In this document: in pieces, positions 1 to 8,452 of the stretch
How the letters are laid out: each line of letters starts with the position of its first letter
Position numbering within the stretch: position 1 is the stretch's first letter
From: a virus
Reading direction: 5' to 3' (one strand)
IMG/VR virus record: IMGVR_UViG_3300021420_000028
Coordinates: 2,570-66,569 of that record
DNA length: 64,000 nt
Position numbers and translations under genes: made by a program
Notes under the pieces: model-generated
What the model saw: only the letters and a program-made list of their open reading frames with translations
What the model was told of the DNA's origin: nothing
Databases searched by the model: none

Positions 1-84
1 AAAAACGCTAAGGAATTTCACTTCACCATGTGGGCCATGATGACCGCCGATCCGGCGAACGAAAGGCTCATGGCACTACACTGA
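1..84 (+). CDS. 3' end of a gene entering from outside the window (possibly the primase whose start is at 63973 if the genome is circularly permuted)
   Basis: Open frame KNAKEFHFTMWAMMTADPANERLMALH* from base 1. Identity inferred only from context. Confidence 0.3.
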   Translation, partial: KNAKEFHFTMWAMMTADPANERLMALH

Positions 85-91
85 AAACGCT

Positions 92-299
92 GTAACGGGT
101 AACGGTGTAACCGCTGATTCCCATAGAGCTGTAGGAATCGGGAGCGTATTATTAAAGGCGTATATATGGGTGGTGGGAGTGGTGGTTGGTTATTACTACT
201 CTACTCCAATATAAGTTACACCAGTTACACCAGTTACCACATTGGAATTGAAAGCGAATTTTTGTAACGGTGGCGTTACAAAAAATCCTTATCCGTTAC
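92..299. repeat. GTAAC/GTTAC iteron-like repeats, candidate replication origin
   Basis: GTAAC at 92, 99, 107 and 264; GTTAC at 215, 224, 233 (9-bp period AGTTACACC), 275 and 295; inverted repeat tttttgtaacg-gtgg-cgttacaaaaa; non-coding. Confidence 0.5.
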
Positions 300-315
300 G
301 CCAGTGACCAGTCGA

Positions 316-510
316 TCAAAAAATAATTTCTCTGTCGTCCTCTTGTTGTGTAATCAGGATGCGTGGCTTGTGGTCGGGATTGTCATCTTTTTTCTCTGGT
401 TTTCCAAAGTCGCGCTCGTACTTCATTTCACACACCGCGTCCTTGACGCGCTGCGAGTGCATCAAGCAGTCCGCCATGGCCAGAAGCAATTCCAGTTGAG
501 CCTTGGTCAT
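316..510 (-). CDS. hypothetical protein
   Basis: 64-aa ORF with GGGAGG RBS, divergent from the DUF932 gene. Confidence 0.55.
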   Translation of the reverse strand: MTKAQLELLLAMADCLMHSQRVKDAVCEMKYERDFGKPEKKDDNPDHKPRILITQQEDDREIIF

Positions 511-625
511 GCAAGCCTCCCTTCATTTGCTGCGTCAAAAGATAGCAAAATCCGAAAGCGTTTAATAATCACGAAATATTTCAGCCTGAAATAATCGATC
601 AAAACGGTAACATGGCAAAATCCGT

Positions 626-655
626 TTGACTCCCGTTTTAAATCGTGTTTAATAA
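626..655 (+). promoter_or_regulatory. sigma70-like promoter with a CtrA box (TTAA-N7-TTAA, 638-652) and a GANTC site (628-632)
   Basis: TTGACT at 626-631, AT-rich -10 region near 649-655, TTAAatcgtgtTTAA lying between them. Confidence 0.6.
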
Positions 656-696
656 TTGTTGCGCCGATCAAGGCGCTTTCGGAAGGATTAAATCAG

Positions 697-1752
697 ATGG
701 CACACGAAATCGACATGACCAACGGCCGCGCGAATATCGCCTTCATGGGGAATCGCAATGACGTGTGGCACCGCTTGGGGCAAGAGATGAAAGAGGGGAT
801 GACGATTGAGCAATGGGCCAAGGCCGCAGGCCTCGATTGGACTGCGGTCAAGGTTCCTGCGCTCCTGGACCTTTCCGGCGCGTCCTGGGACCATCTCAGG
901 CCTGCCGCGGGCACTTACAACAGCACACCGCTGGCACGCGACCGCGCTTTCATGGTGCGGTCGGACACGGGGAGCATGCTGGGCGACAATTGCGTGACTG
1001 ACGTGTACCAAGCGGTGCAGCCTGCCGAGCTCCTCGCATGGTTCGATCAGTACATTGCGGTTGACGATCGTTTCGCGCTGGACGTGGCCGGCTCGCTGAA
1101 AGGCGGTTCGGTCATCTGGGCAACGGCGACCTGGAAAGAGCCGCTCGTGGTGGCCGGTGATGCGCACACCGCTCGTGTGCTCATGTCGACCACGTTTGAT
1201 GGTTCTGGCGCGACGATCAACCAAATGACCACGACGCGAGTCGTGTGCAACAATACGCTGCGGTGTGCGCACAGCGACAAGCATAACGCGGTGGTGCGGA
1301 CTCGGCACAATACGAAATTCGACGCCAAGGCCGTCGGCGCCGAGCTCGCTGGTCTTGCGCAGTCGATCGCTCAGTTCAAGAAGGTTGGCGACGCCATGGC
1401 ACAGGTGACCATGACGGCCGGGGATGTTTCCGCTTTCTTCAAGGCTTGTTTGGATATCAAGCCTGAAGAAAAGCAGGAAGATATCAGCACGCGGAAAATG
1501 AATCAGTTCCGCGCCATTTCGCAAGCGTTCAACACGACGCGGCGCGAACGTGACGCCAGGCAGGGCGACGTAATCGACGTGTGGACGGCTTTGCAGGCCG
1601 TGACCAGGTACGTCGATCACGAGCGCGTTTCGATCAATGGCGACCACGGCGAGAAGCAATTCACGTCTGCCAATTTTGGGTCGGGCGACGCGTTGAAGGG
1701 CAAGGCAATGAATCTGCTGATGCCGCGTGTTGCGGAGCTGGTTGCAGCCTAG
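697..1752 (+). CDS. DUF932 family phage/plasmid protein (TIGR03299-like)
   Basis: MAHEI...WHRLG N-terminus; AGSLKGG..IW, STTFDGS, TRVVCNNTL and RHNT motifs typical of the family. Confidence 0.85.
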   Translation: MAHEIDMTNGRANIAFMGNRNDVWHRLGQEMKEGMTIEQWAKAAGLDWTAVKVPALLDLSGASWDHLRPAAGTYNSTPLARDRAFMVRSDTGSMLGDNCVTDVYQAVQPAELLAWFDQYIAVDDRFALDVAGSLKGGSVIWATATWKEPLVVAGDAHTARVLMSTTFDGSGATINQMTTTRVVCNNTLRCAHSDKHNAVVRTRHNTKFDAKAVGAELAGLAQSIAQFKKVGDAMAQVTMTAGDVSAFFKACLDIKPEEKQEDISTRKMNQFRAISQAFNTTRRERDARQGDVIDVWTALQAVTRYVDHERVSINGDHGEKQFTSANFGSGDALKGKAMNLLMPRVAELVAA

Positions 1753-1824
1753 TCCGTTGCGGTCAGCGCCCGTGTGCGACGGGCGCACTCCGCAGCGATC
1801 TTGCTGCATGCACGGGGATTAATC

Positions 1825-2127
1825 ATGAATTGGGGAAATCTGACTCGCGTATTGCTCGATTCGCCTTGGCTGGAGCAATCGGACGATTTGTCGACTCCCG
1901 AGGGGATGATTGCAACGGCCGTTGCAATCCTGGATCGGATGAAAAACGGGGAGGTGCTGCGCACCGTATCGTGGCGCCCGATGCGCTTGATCGATGCGCC
2001 GGTTTATGTGCCGCCGCCTGTTGCCGCGAAGCATGAGGGGCCGATCGGCGGGGCGACTGTGACGCGGCCTAGCGCACCCCCTCGGTCACCAAGCCCTGCG
2101 CCGGCCTATGCCGAGATTGAGTTTTAA
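1825..2127 (+). CDS. hypothetical protein, Pro-rich C-terminus
   Basis: ORF after DUF932 with GGGGA RBS before ATG 1825; followed by a terminator. Confidence 0.5.
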   Translation: MNWGNLTRVLLDSPWLEQSDDLSTPEGMIATAVAILDRMKNGEVLRTVSWRPMRLIDAPVYVPPPVAAKHEGPIGGATVTRPSAPPRSPSPAPAYAEIEF

Positions 2128-2133
2128 TCGTTC

Positions 2134-2162
2134 AAGAGCGGCCAATGCAGCCGCTCTTTTTT
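2134..2162 (+). terminator. intrinsic terminator
   Basis: aagagcggc-caatgca-gccgctctt hairpin followed by a T run. Confidence 0.75.
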
Positions 2163-2522
2163 CTTGACGAACGCGCCGAAGTCGCAAGCGCACCGTGCGG
2201 CTCTTGCAGCGGGACGACGGTTTTGTTTGCGAGTGCTAAGCGCTTTTCTCGGGGTCGCGTTCAAGGGCCAGCAATTCGCCGGCCCTTTTCTTTTCGCGTT
2301 CCTCCGCTTGACGGGCGTTCCAGCGGCTGAGCGGCACCCCGCTCGCCTGGTCCGGGACGAGACGGTCGATCCTTGCAGGGGCGCATAATGAGCGAAGAAG
2401 ACAAGCGAATTTTACTAGGATTGGGTAAAAAGCGCTCTTTCACGTCAATATGGGATATTCGCAGAAGCAAAAGACGACGTTTGGTTAAACGTGTTACCAA
2501 GAAACGCAAAAGAAAAAAATGG

Positions 2523-2732
2523 TCACTGTTTTAATATGAATTTTAGATTTATATCATCGTGTCGTGTCGGCAAATTAGCATGGTGGCGTTTTGTTATTGT
2601 TATTTCTGTTATACTTCTCTCTCGCATCAAAATATATGCCGCTTGTTCGATACTTTCTGCAAAGACTACGCTGTTGCCAGTGCTGATATGTTTCGGTCCT
2701 TTATAAACAAAGGATAAATGAAAGCGTTGCAT
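2523..2732 (-). CDS. hypothetical protein (AT-rich)
   Basis: 69-aa ORF with a weak GGA RBS in a low-GC patch. Confidence 0.45.
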   Translation of the reverse strand: MQRFHLSFVYKGPKHISTGNSVVFAESIEQAAYILMRERSITEITITKRHHANLPTRHDDINLKFILKQ

Positions 2733-2797
2733 TTGATGTTTTCCAATCTTAAAGGCGTTGGCTGTATTTTGGATTGTGTCGCCTTAGTAACGTCTTT

Positions 2798-2896
2798 TCA
2801 TACTGCCCAAAACCACAGCCCGCGGTGATCAAGCCAATAACTGTATTCAGGGTAATATAGCGCGTGCATAACCCAGTCAATTGGGGGATATGGCAT
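2798..2896 (-). CDS. small hypothetical peptide (32 aa)
   Basis: MPYPPIDWVMHALYYPEYSYWLDHRGLWFWAV* with GGAGAG RBS; below the ORF-track cutoff. Confidence 0.35.
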   Translation of the reverse strand: MPYPPIDWVMHALYYPEYSYWLDHRGLWFWAV

Positions 2897-2970
2897 TTTA
2901 GCTCTCCAAGGTTATGCCCGTTTCAAGGGCGATGCTGGGATGATTTCGCCTGTAAGGTTTTGCGCCTGTC

Positions 2971-3378
2971 CTAGGGAATAGGGGCCTTTTTCTTTGCCTC
3001 GCGTTCCTCCGCTTGCTTGGCGCGCCACGCGTGCAGCTGAGCTGTGCCGCGGATCGCTGGCCCCGGTCCGCGTTTAGCGAGCGAGCGCGCCACGCTTTTG
3101 AACGTCGTAGCGCGCCGCTCTAATTCATGCCGAATCATTTCCGACGCCCAATCGGGCGGGATGCGATGACCGTAGCGCCAATTGCGAATTGCCGCGTATT
3201 GCGCGCGATGTTCGAAGAAATTAACGAGTTTGTCGCGGGTGTAGGGCGGCTCGATTAGGAGCACCATTGCGCGCCAGAAAGGCGATGCTTCCGTCTTGCC
3301 CGGGAGCGAATCGCGGTGCTCTAGAGGCCTGCTATCGCGCGCGGCAAGGGCAAATTCCGATTGTCGGTCAAGCGTCAT
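2971..3378 (-). CDS. putative HTH DNA-binding protein
   Basis: AAIRNWRYGHRIPPDW resembles an XRE-type recognition helix and resembles TVRRWLSGDTKVPP in 18573..18785. Confidence 0.45.
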   Translation of the reverse strand: MTLDRQSEFALAARDSRPLEHRDSLPGKTEASPFWRAMVLLIEPPYTRDKLVNFFEHRAQYAAIRNWRYGHRIPPDWASEMIRHELERRATTFKSVARSLAKRGPGPAIRGTAQLHAWRAKQAEEREAKKKAPIP

Positions 3379-3928
3379 TTTCGCATCCTACTGCGAGCCG
3401 TCTCCCAGCGCACCTCCCCTCTCGACCAAGCGCCGCTCGACCGGCGAATCGCTTCTCAAACCTCAGATCGGTTGCACCGCGCGCACTACAACCGCATTTC
3501 TCAGTTACAATTGAGAAATGAAGCGGGCAAATTCCCCAATCATTACAACGAAACGCCTCGCGAGCGACGCGCGATGCGGGGCGCGGAGGTAATAAGGTGT
3601 GCTTGCCGACCATGCACTACTGACCGTTCGGTAACTTAGGTCAGCGGTAATAGGGTAAGTGCGACAATGCGACAAAATGTAGCTGCACAACCGTCACTAC
3701 TTCAACCATTGCGCGAGTGGATGGACCAATGCAAGAGGAGTTTCGAGGCACCTCACCCTCCCGGCGGGGCCAAATTTTTCCAAAAATTTGCGTCCCCTCT
3801 CATTTCGTGCTTATCATTCCTCACCATGCCCGCCCTCTGGAACCTCTACGCACATCTCATCGCCGACGCCCAGATCGCGGTAATTCTCGGCGTCACCGCT
3901 CACGCCTTGTGCGAGGCATGGGGGTGAA

Positions 3929-4408
3929 ATGCCAACCGTAAATTACGACTGGACCCCCGACCGCGTCGAGAAACTCAAGTCGCTCTTCGCCGACGGCCTG
4001 TCTTTCTCCCAGATAGCCTCCGAGCTCGCGCTGACCCGCTCCGCGATCATGGGCAAGGCGCAGCGTCTTGGTTTGCAGCGCGCGGTCCACCCGCGCCTCG
4101 GCGGGCGCTTCCCTCGCAAGGATCCTCGCATCAAGAACCCCGGCGCCCAGAACCGCTCGCGCATCTCCAGGATTGTCGACGGACCTGTTGTCAACCCGCA
4201 AGGCAATCCGCCCGACGATCCCGCCGACCAGGACATCCCCAAGCGGCAGCGCAAGACGATCTTCACGGTTGGTCGCGAGCACTGTAAATTCGGAATTGGC
4301 GATCCGCGCGAGAAAGGCTTTTTCTTTTGCGGCGCCATCAGGCAATTCCCGCTTCCCTACTGCGCGGCGCACGCGCGGGTATGCTTCCGCCCCGCCAGGG
4401 GCACTTGA
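3929..4408 (+). CDS. gcrA: GcrA cell-cycle regulator homolog
   Basis: WTPDRVEKLKSLFADGLSFSQIASEL..TRSAIMGKAQRLGL N-terminal HTH; C-terminal CKFGIGDP...FFFCG...PYCAAH. Confidence 0.9.
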   Translation: MPTVNYDWTPDRVEKLKSLFADGLSFSQIASELALTRSAIMGKAQRLGLQRAVHPRLGGRFPRKDPRIKNPGAQNRSRISRIVDGPVVNPQGNPPDDPADQDIPKRQRKTIFTVGREHCKFGIGDPREKGFFFCGAIRQFPLPYCAAHARVCFRPARGT

Positions 4409-4434
4409 CACGATGTAGTGAACTGCACTACGTT
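4405..4434 (+). promoter_or_regulatory. promoter with palindromic operator, copy 1
   Basis: TTGACA 4405-4410; TGTAGTG-aactg-CACTACG 4414-4432. Confidence 0.65.
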
Positions 4435-4461
4435 CCTTCTCGGCGACCTCCAAGGCGCCAG

Positions 4462-4510
4462 GAGGCGGACGCTTCACACCCCGGTGCCTCCCGCGGCGTC
4501 CGCCTCTTTT
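4462..4510 (+). terminator. terminator/attenuator-like hairpin
   Basis: gaggcggacgc (4462-4472) pairs with gcgtccgcctc (4496-4506), followed by Ts; long loop. Confidence 0.45.
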
Positions 4511-4524
4511 ATCCGGGAGTCCTG

Positions 4525-4716
4525 ATGCCCAAGCAAGCCAAGGTCGACGTCAGCTACACGCCGAAGGCAAAGAATACGTCGGAGCAGTGCCAGTGGTGCG
4601 CGCACTTTTTCTCGTTGCCGTCGGCCTCTACCGGAACCGGGCATCGCTGTACGAAAGTTGAAGGTTCGATCGAGCCGCAAGGCTGGTGCAAATTGTTCAG
4701 GGCTGATTCTCAATGA
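4525..4716 (+). CDS. HiPIP-like (high-potential 4Fe-4S) small protein, no export signal
   Basis: V-S-Y...CQWCAHF...C-TKVEGSIEPQGWC-KLF matches the small HiPIP pattern C-x2-C-xn-C-x-V-x-G-x-I-x-P-x-GWC; GGGAG RBS. Confidence 0.75.
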   Translation: MPKQAKVDVSYTPKAKNTSEQCQWCAHFFSLPSASTGTGHRCTKVEGSIEPQGWCKLFRADSQ

Positions 4717-4729
4717 GAGGAACACGGTC

Positions 4730-4933
4730 ATGAGTTTTTTGTTCGGTCTTCTTTTTGGCGTTATTATTGCTGCTCATCACGTGCCGTATGAATATGCGCC
4801 GTATACTTTTACCGACTATGTGGTAGCAGCGGTTTTTATTATCTTCATAGCGGGATTTGTTGCGCTGATAATTTTTGTTAATTTGATAGACAAATTTCCG
4901 TCGTTGAGACCTCGCTGGTGGAGATGGTCGTGA
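4730..4933 (+). CDS. small membrane protein
   Basis: Two hydrophobic segments; GAGG RBS. Confidence 0.6.
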   Translation: MSFLFGLLFGVIIAAHHVPYEYAPYTFTDYVVAAVFIIFIAGFVALIIFVNLIDKFPSLRPRWWRWS

Positions 4934-5160
4934 GGCATCCCGAATATCCGACCAGCATCCGGTTGTCGGTCCCTGACAAGAAGCGCCTGCGCAAGCTGGC
5001 GTCCAAGTGGCAGCTCTCGCTTGCCGGTCTGATCCAAATGATCATCAAGCAGTGGTTGGAGTCGCAGGATAAGCCAGCATCAACTCGACAGGAAGCTCAC
5101 ACGTCTTCCGAGCCTGCCCGGTCTGAAGAAGGCAAACCTTTTATTGGGGCGATGGAATGA
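4924..5160 (+). CDS. ribbon-helix-helix DNA-binding protein
   Basis: PTSIRLSVPDKKRLRKLASKWQLSLAGLIQMIIKQWL fits the RHH (CopG/Arc) pattern. Confidence 0.7.
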   Translation: MVVRHPEYPTSIRLSVPDKKRLRKLASKWQLSLAGLIQMIIKQWLESQDKPASTRQEAHTSSEPARSEEGKPFIGAME

Positions 5161-5420
5161 CTGACTTCAGCGACCATCCGGTTTCTCTCGCCGAGACCAA
5201 GGCCGAGCGTGATCTTGACGGCAAGGCTTGGACGCCTCGCGATGTCTTGCTGAAGCTGCTGCGGGATATTGACAGTGGCAAATGCAATCCTGATCTCCTC
5301 GTAGTTGCGTACAGCGAGGTCGTGGACGGCAAGCGCATGGGTAACTTCTGGCAAGCCACCCCGTGCGGTCTGCTGTCTCTTGGATTGATGCAGTCGACGA
5401 TCTTCAAGATGCAGGATTAA
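5157..5420 (+). CDS. hypothetical protein
   Basis: ATGA-coupled ORF in the operon. Confidence 0.65.
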   Translation: MTDFSDHPVSLAETKAERDLDGKAWTPRDVLLKLLRDIDSGKCNPDLLVVAYSEVVDGKRMGNFWQATPCGLLSLGLMQSTIFKMQD

Positions 5421-5422
5421 CC

Positions 5423-5647
5423 ATGTCCGTGACAGTTTGCTGGCGCCCGATCAAAGGGACGCAGTATTTCGAGGGCGGTCGCCCGGATTCTCTAGCCGCC
5501 GTTTTGGAGGCGTGCGGTCGCGCGCTTACCGCGAATCACATTCCAATTCTCCGCGCGATGACCGTCGCGGCGCGCGATCCGTTCTTTGCACAAGTGGCGG
5601 ATAAGATCGAGCAGGTTGGTGCGATCGAAGTGTGGGGAGAATATTGA
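5423..5647 (+). CDS. hypothetical protein
   Basis: AGGA RBS; TGATG coupling to the next gene. Confidence 0.6.
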   Translation: MSVTVCWRPIKGTQYFEGGRPDSLAAVLEACGRALTANHIPILRAMTVAARDPFFAQVADKIEQVGAIEVWGEY

Positions 5648-6669
5648 TGCGCGTCGCGCTGATTCTCACAACGATCAATATCCCTACGGTCCTCTCCCTC
5701 TATCGGGTGCACGATCCGGACGTCCGCTTCTTTGTCGCCGGGGATTACAAGACCCCGGTGGGGATTGAAGGGTTCTGGCACGATTTAGACAACTGCGAGT
5801 ATTATTCTCCTGAGCGGCAGAAAAATTATTTGAGTTATAAGTGTTCCGAGTTGATCGGCTGGAACACGATCGCCCGCCGCAACATCGCCCTCCTCGAAGC
5901 TCTCAAATGGGGTGCGGAATTGATCGTCAGTATCGATGACGACAATATTCCTTTGGGCGCGGCGTACTTCGACTGTTACAGATTCTCCTTTTTAGGAAAT
6001 TATGCAGGACTCAAGGCGCAACCGTTTGGTAATTGGTTCGATCCTGGACGTTTATCTTTTCCCAGGGACAGGAGCGGTGTCAGCCAGCGCGGTTTTCCAA
6101 GCCAGTGTTGGACTGGTTCGCCGCGAATCACTTCAGTGGTCGGCGCTAAGATCGGCGTCGCTCAAGGCACGATTCTATTTGATCCAGATACTTCTGCGGT
6201 TGATCGGATTTCACAACATCCTGAAGTGCATCAGGTCAGCGAACTCCTGCGCGCCGGCATTGTTACTGATCCTTGTGAGTGCTACGCGCCAATAAACACG
6301 CAAAATTTAGCGTTTGTGCGCGAATTGGCACCGTGTTTCTTGATGGTCCCGTTTTACAAGAGGTTTGATGATATCTTTGGCGGATTTGTCGCACAGCGAA
6401 TTATGCGCGAGCATGGTTACCACGTTCATTTCGGGCAACCGTTCGCGGCACAAGAAAGAAATGCGCACGATCTGTTGAAAGACTTGGAAGCAGAACTGTG
6501 GGGCATGCAGCACACACTGGAATTCGCGGCGTGGTTGGATGGGTTCTTAGGACAGACGAGCGTAATTGGAATGCTACGGGTCATGGCGACTAATTTGCCA
6601 AAGTTTATCCCAACTAGTGTTCAGGAATTGTGGCTCGCTTGGTTGCAGGATTGTGAGCAGGTGTTGTAA
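5647..6669 (+). CDS. STELLO/DUF288-like or GT75 (RGP/UDP-arabinopyranose mutase)-like glycosyltransferase
   Basis: TTINIP, VAGDYKTP, ARRNIALL, SIDDDN, RGFP, NTQN, RFDDIF and QERNAHDLLKDL motifs. Confidence 0.75.
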   Translation: MRVALILTTINIPTVLSLYRVHDPDVRFFVAGDYKTPVGIEGFWHDLDNCEYYSPERQKNYLSYKCSELIGWNTIARRNIALLEALKWGAELIVSIDDDNIPLGAAYFDCYRFSFLGNYAGLKAQPFGNWFDPGRLSFPRDRSGVSQRGFPSQCWTGSPRITSVVGAKIGVAQGTILFDPDTSAVDRISQHPEVHQVSELLRAGIVTDPCECYAPINTQNLAFVRELAPCFLMVPFYKRFDDIFGGFVAQRIMREHGYHVHFGQPFAAQERNAHDLLKDLEAELWGMQHTLEFAAWLDGFLGQTSVIGMLRVMATNLPKFIPTSVQELWLAWLQDCEQVL

Positions 6670-7184
6670 TGCGTAAGATTTTGCCTCCTGTTGAATACTT
6701 GCTGGCGTGTTTTTCATACAACCCGTCGACGGGGGATATGGTTTGGCGGCATCGACCGCGAGAACATTTCGTGAGTAAGCGAAGTCACACTCTTTGGAAC
6801 GCTAGGTACTCTGGTACTAAGGTAGGATATTTGGTAGCTTCTGGGCATCTGAACACGTCCATTAACGATTCGCATTTTTTGCTGCATCGTATTATTTGGA
6901 AAATGATGCGTGCAGAGGAGCCGCCCGAGATCGTAGATCATAAAGACCGTGACCCGCTGAATAATAAATGGCATAACTTGCGAGAGGCAACAAAGGCGCA
7001 AAATAACGTAAACGCCCTTAAAAAAGACCGCGGGGTATATTTTGACCCGACGCGCGGTAAATGGGAAGCGGCTGTAAAGGTCAATCAGCAAAAGATTCAT
7101 CTTGGGCGGCACGATACGAAGGCGCGAGCATTGGCAGCGAGAGCGGCGGGTGTTCGCAAGTATTTCGGAGAATTTGCTCCATGA
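6669..7184 (+). CDS. HNH homing endonuclease with C-terminal AP2 domain
   Basis: LHRIIW...VDHKDRDPLNNKWHNLREAT..QN, then GVYF..RGKWEAAV...IHLGRH. Confidence 0.9.
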   Translation: MRKILPPVEYLLACFSYNPSTGDMVWRHRPREHFVSKRSHTLWNARYSGTKVGYLVASGHLNTSINDSHFLLHRIIWKMMRAEEPPEIVDHKDRDPLNNKWHNLREATKAQNNVNALKKDRGVYFDPTRGKWEAAVKVNQQKIHLGRHDTKARALAARAAGVRKYFGEFAP

Positions 7185-8452
7185 ACAAAATCGCAATTGC
7201 CTTCCTCACTCGTGACCGCGTCGACCTGTCCAAGCGCACGATCGTCCCGTTGCTGCAGCCCGACAAGTTCACGACGTTCATAATCGATGGCAGCGACACG
7301 CCGGCCGGCGTGCGATTCGCGGGTGACTATGTGGAAGAAGGGAACGTTCATATTAACGTCAAAGGCGGCGCCGATACCGCCGTCGTCTACGCGCTGACCG
7401 AAATGCTCAGGGGAGACTACACGCATGTCGGACTTGTCGAAAATGACGTCTTGCTCCACGCAGACTGGTTTGGGCCGACTTTCGCGTTGTTTGACCGAGG
7501 GGCAGCGGAGGGTCTTGCTGTTGGCGCTGTGTCTGCCCGAGCCTATTGCGACCGAATTCTTTCGCAGCGCGATGGCTACGCACTATGCCATAACCTCGGT
7601 TGGGGCATGCAAATCCTGACGCGCCAGGCCGCCGAGCTGACGCTCAGGCATTTCCGCACGCACTGGACGACCGAGAACCGCCGCACGTTCGCCCGGCTTT
7701 CCGGCATCGACATCGGCTCTTACTGGGCTTTCAGGACAAATGATCACTGGACGACCCCGGATTGGGGCAATGATGCGGTTCTGGCTTCGCACGGTCTTGC
7801 GTCGCTTGCGTTGGTACCGTCGCCCGTCGAGATGATCGGCCAGAAGCCTTCTCTCGCCGACCAGGGCCTCAAGCTCGCGGATGCCCCCGTCGAGGACAGG
7901 AGGAACGACGACGCTTTCGACCGTTTTGCAACGATGACTTCGCTTATTCGGGGGAATCACTTGGATATCGGCATTCCGCCCGTCCGCTTCCGGGGCGATG
8001 ATGGAACGGAAATTATTTTCGCACATCAATTGGATTCCTTGCGAGGCGCCTTCTGGAGCGGCGACTGGCGCCTCAAATGGTCCCCCGGCCTCGGAGGCTT
8101 CGCGGCGCGCGGTTTCAGTCCGGCGCTTGTTAACGCCAAGCAGCCGGAACCTGGCGCTTCCTTCGAATGCTACGCCTCCGGCACCGCCCGCTTCATGGTG
8201 ATGGGCGGCGAGAAGGGGGGCCAGATTCAGATTGAGGATACGAAGTCGGGCTATGTGGTGAGGCCTACGCTTCTCCCCGAGGCATCCAACCAAGTCACAC
8301 AGGTGGTCGCCCCGACAGGCGTGTCCTGGCGCCTGTTGCGGTTGACCGTCCTCTCGAGTTCCGCGCTCCTGTACGGGATGCAGTTCCAAGAGCCGCAGCC
8401 GACCGTTGGCGGGCGGAAGTTCGATTATTCGAAACTGTGGAAGGTCGCATGA
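7181..8452 (+). CDS. GT-A fold (GT2-like) glycosyltransferase with C-terminal extra domain
   Basis: IAFLTRDR..L, IIDGS and GLVENDVLL (DxD-equivalent) motifs; lies in the sugar gene cluster. Confidence 0.65.
   Translation: MNKIAIAFLTRDRVDLSKRTIVPLLQPDKFTTFIIDGSDTPAGVRFAGDYVEEGNVHINVKGGADTAVVYALTEMLRGDYTHVGLVENDVLLHADWFGPTFALFDRGAAEGLAVGAVSARAYCDRILSQRDGYALCHNLGWGMQILTRQAAELTLRHFRTHWTTENRRTFARLSGIDIGSYWAFRTNDHWTTPDWGNDAVLASHGLASLALVPSPVEMIGQKPSLADQGLKLADAPVEDRRNDDAFDRFATMTSLIRGNHLDIGIPPVRFRGDDGTEIIFAHQLDSLRGAFWSGDWRLKWSPGLGGFAARGFSPALVNAKQPEPGASFECYASGTARFMVMGGEKGGQIQIEDTKSGYVVRPTLLPEASNQVTQVVAPTGVSWRLLRLTVLSSSALLYGMQFQEPQPTVGGRKFDYSKLWKVA

Noticed and set aside
688-1809. Long antisense ORFs (also 17068-18438, 22393-24066, 26163-27347, 36247-37686)
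   Set aside because: Shadow frames of high-GC genes that have clear motifs or operon context on the opposite strand.
3750-3790. GC-rich tract followed by aaatttttccaaaaattt as a possible genome terminus/pac site
   Set aside because: Suggestive only; needs read-end data (PhageTerm).
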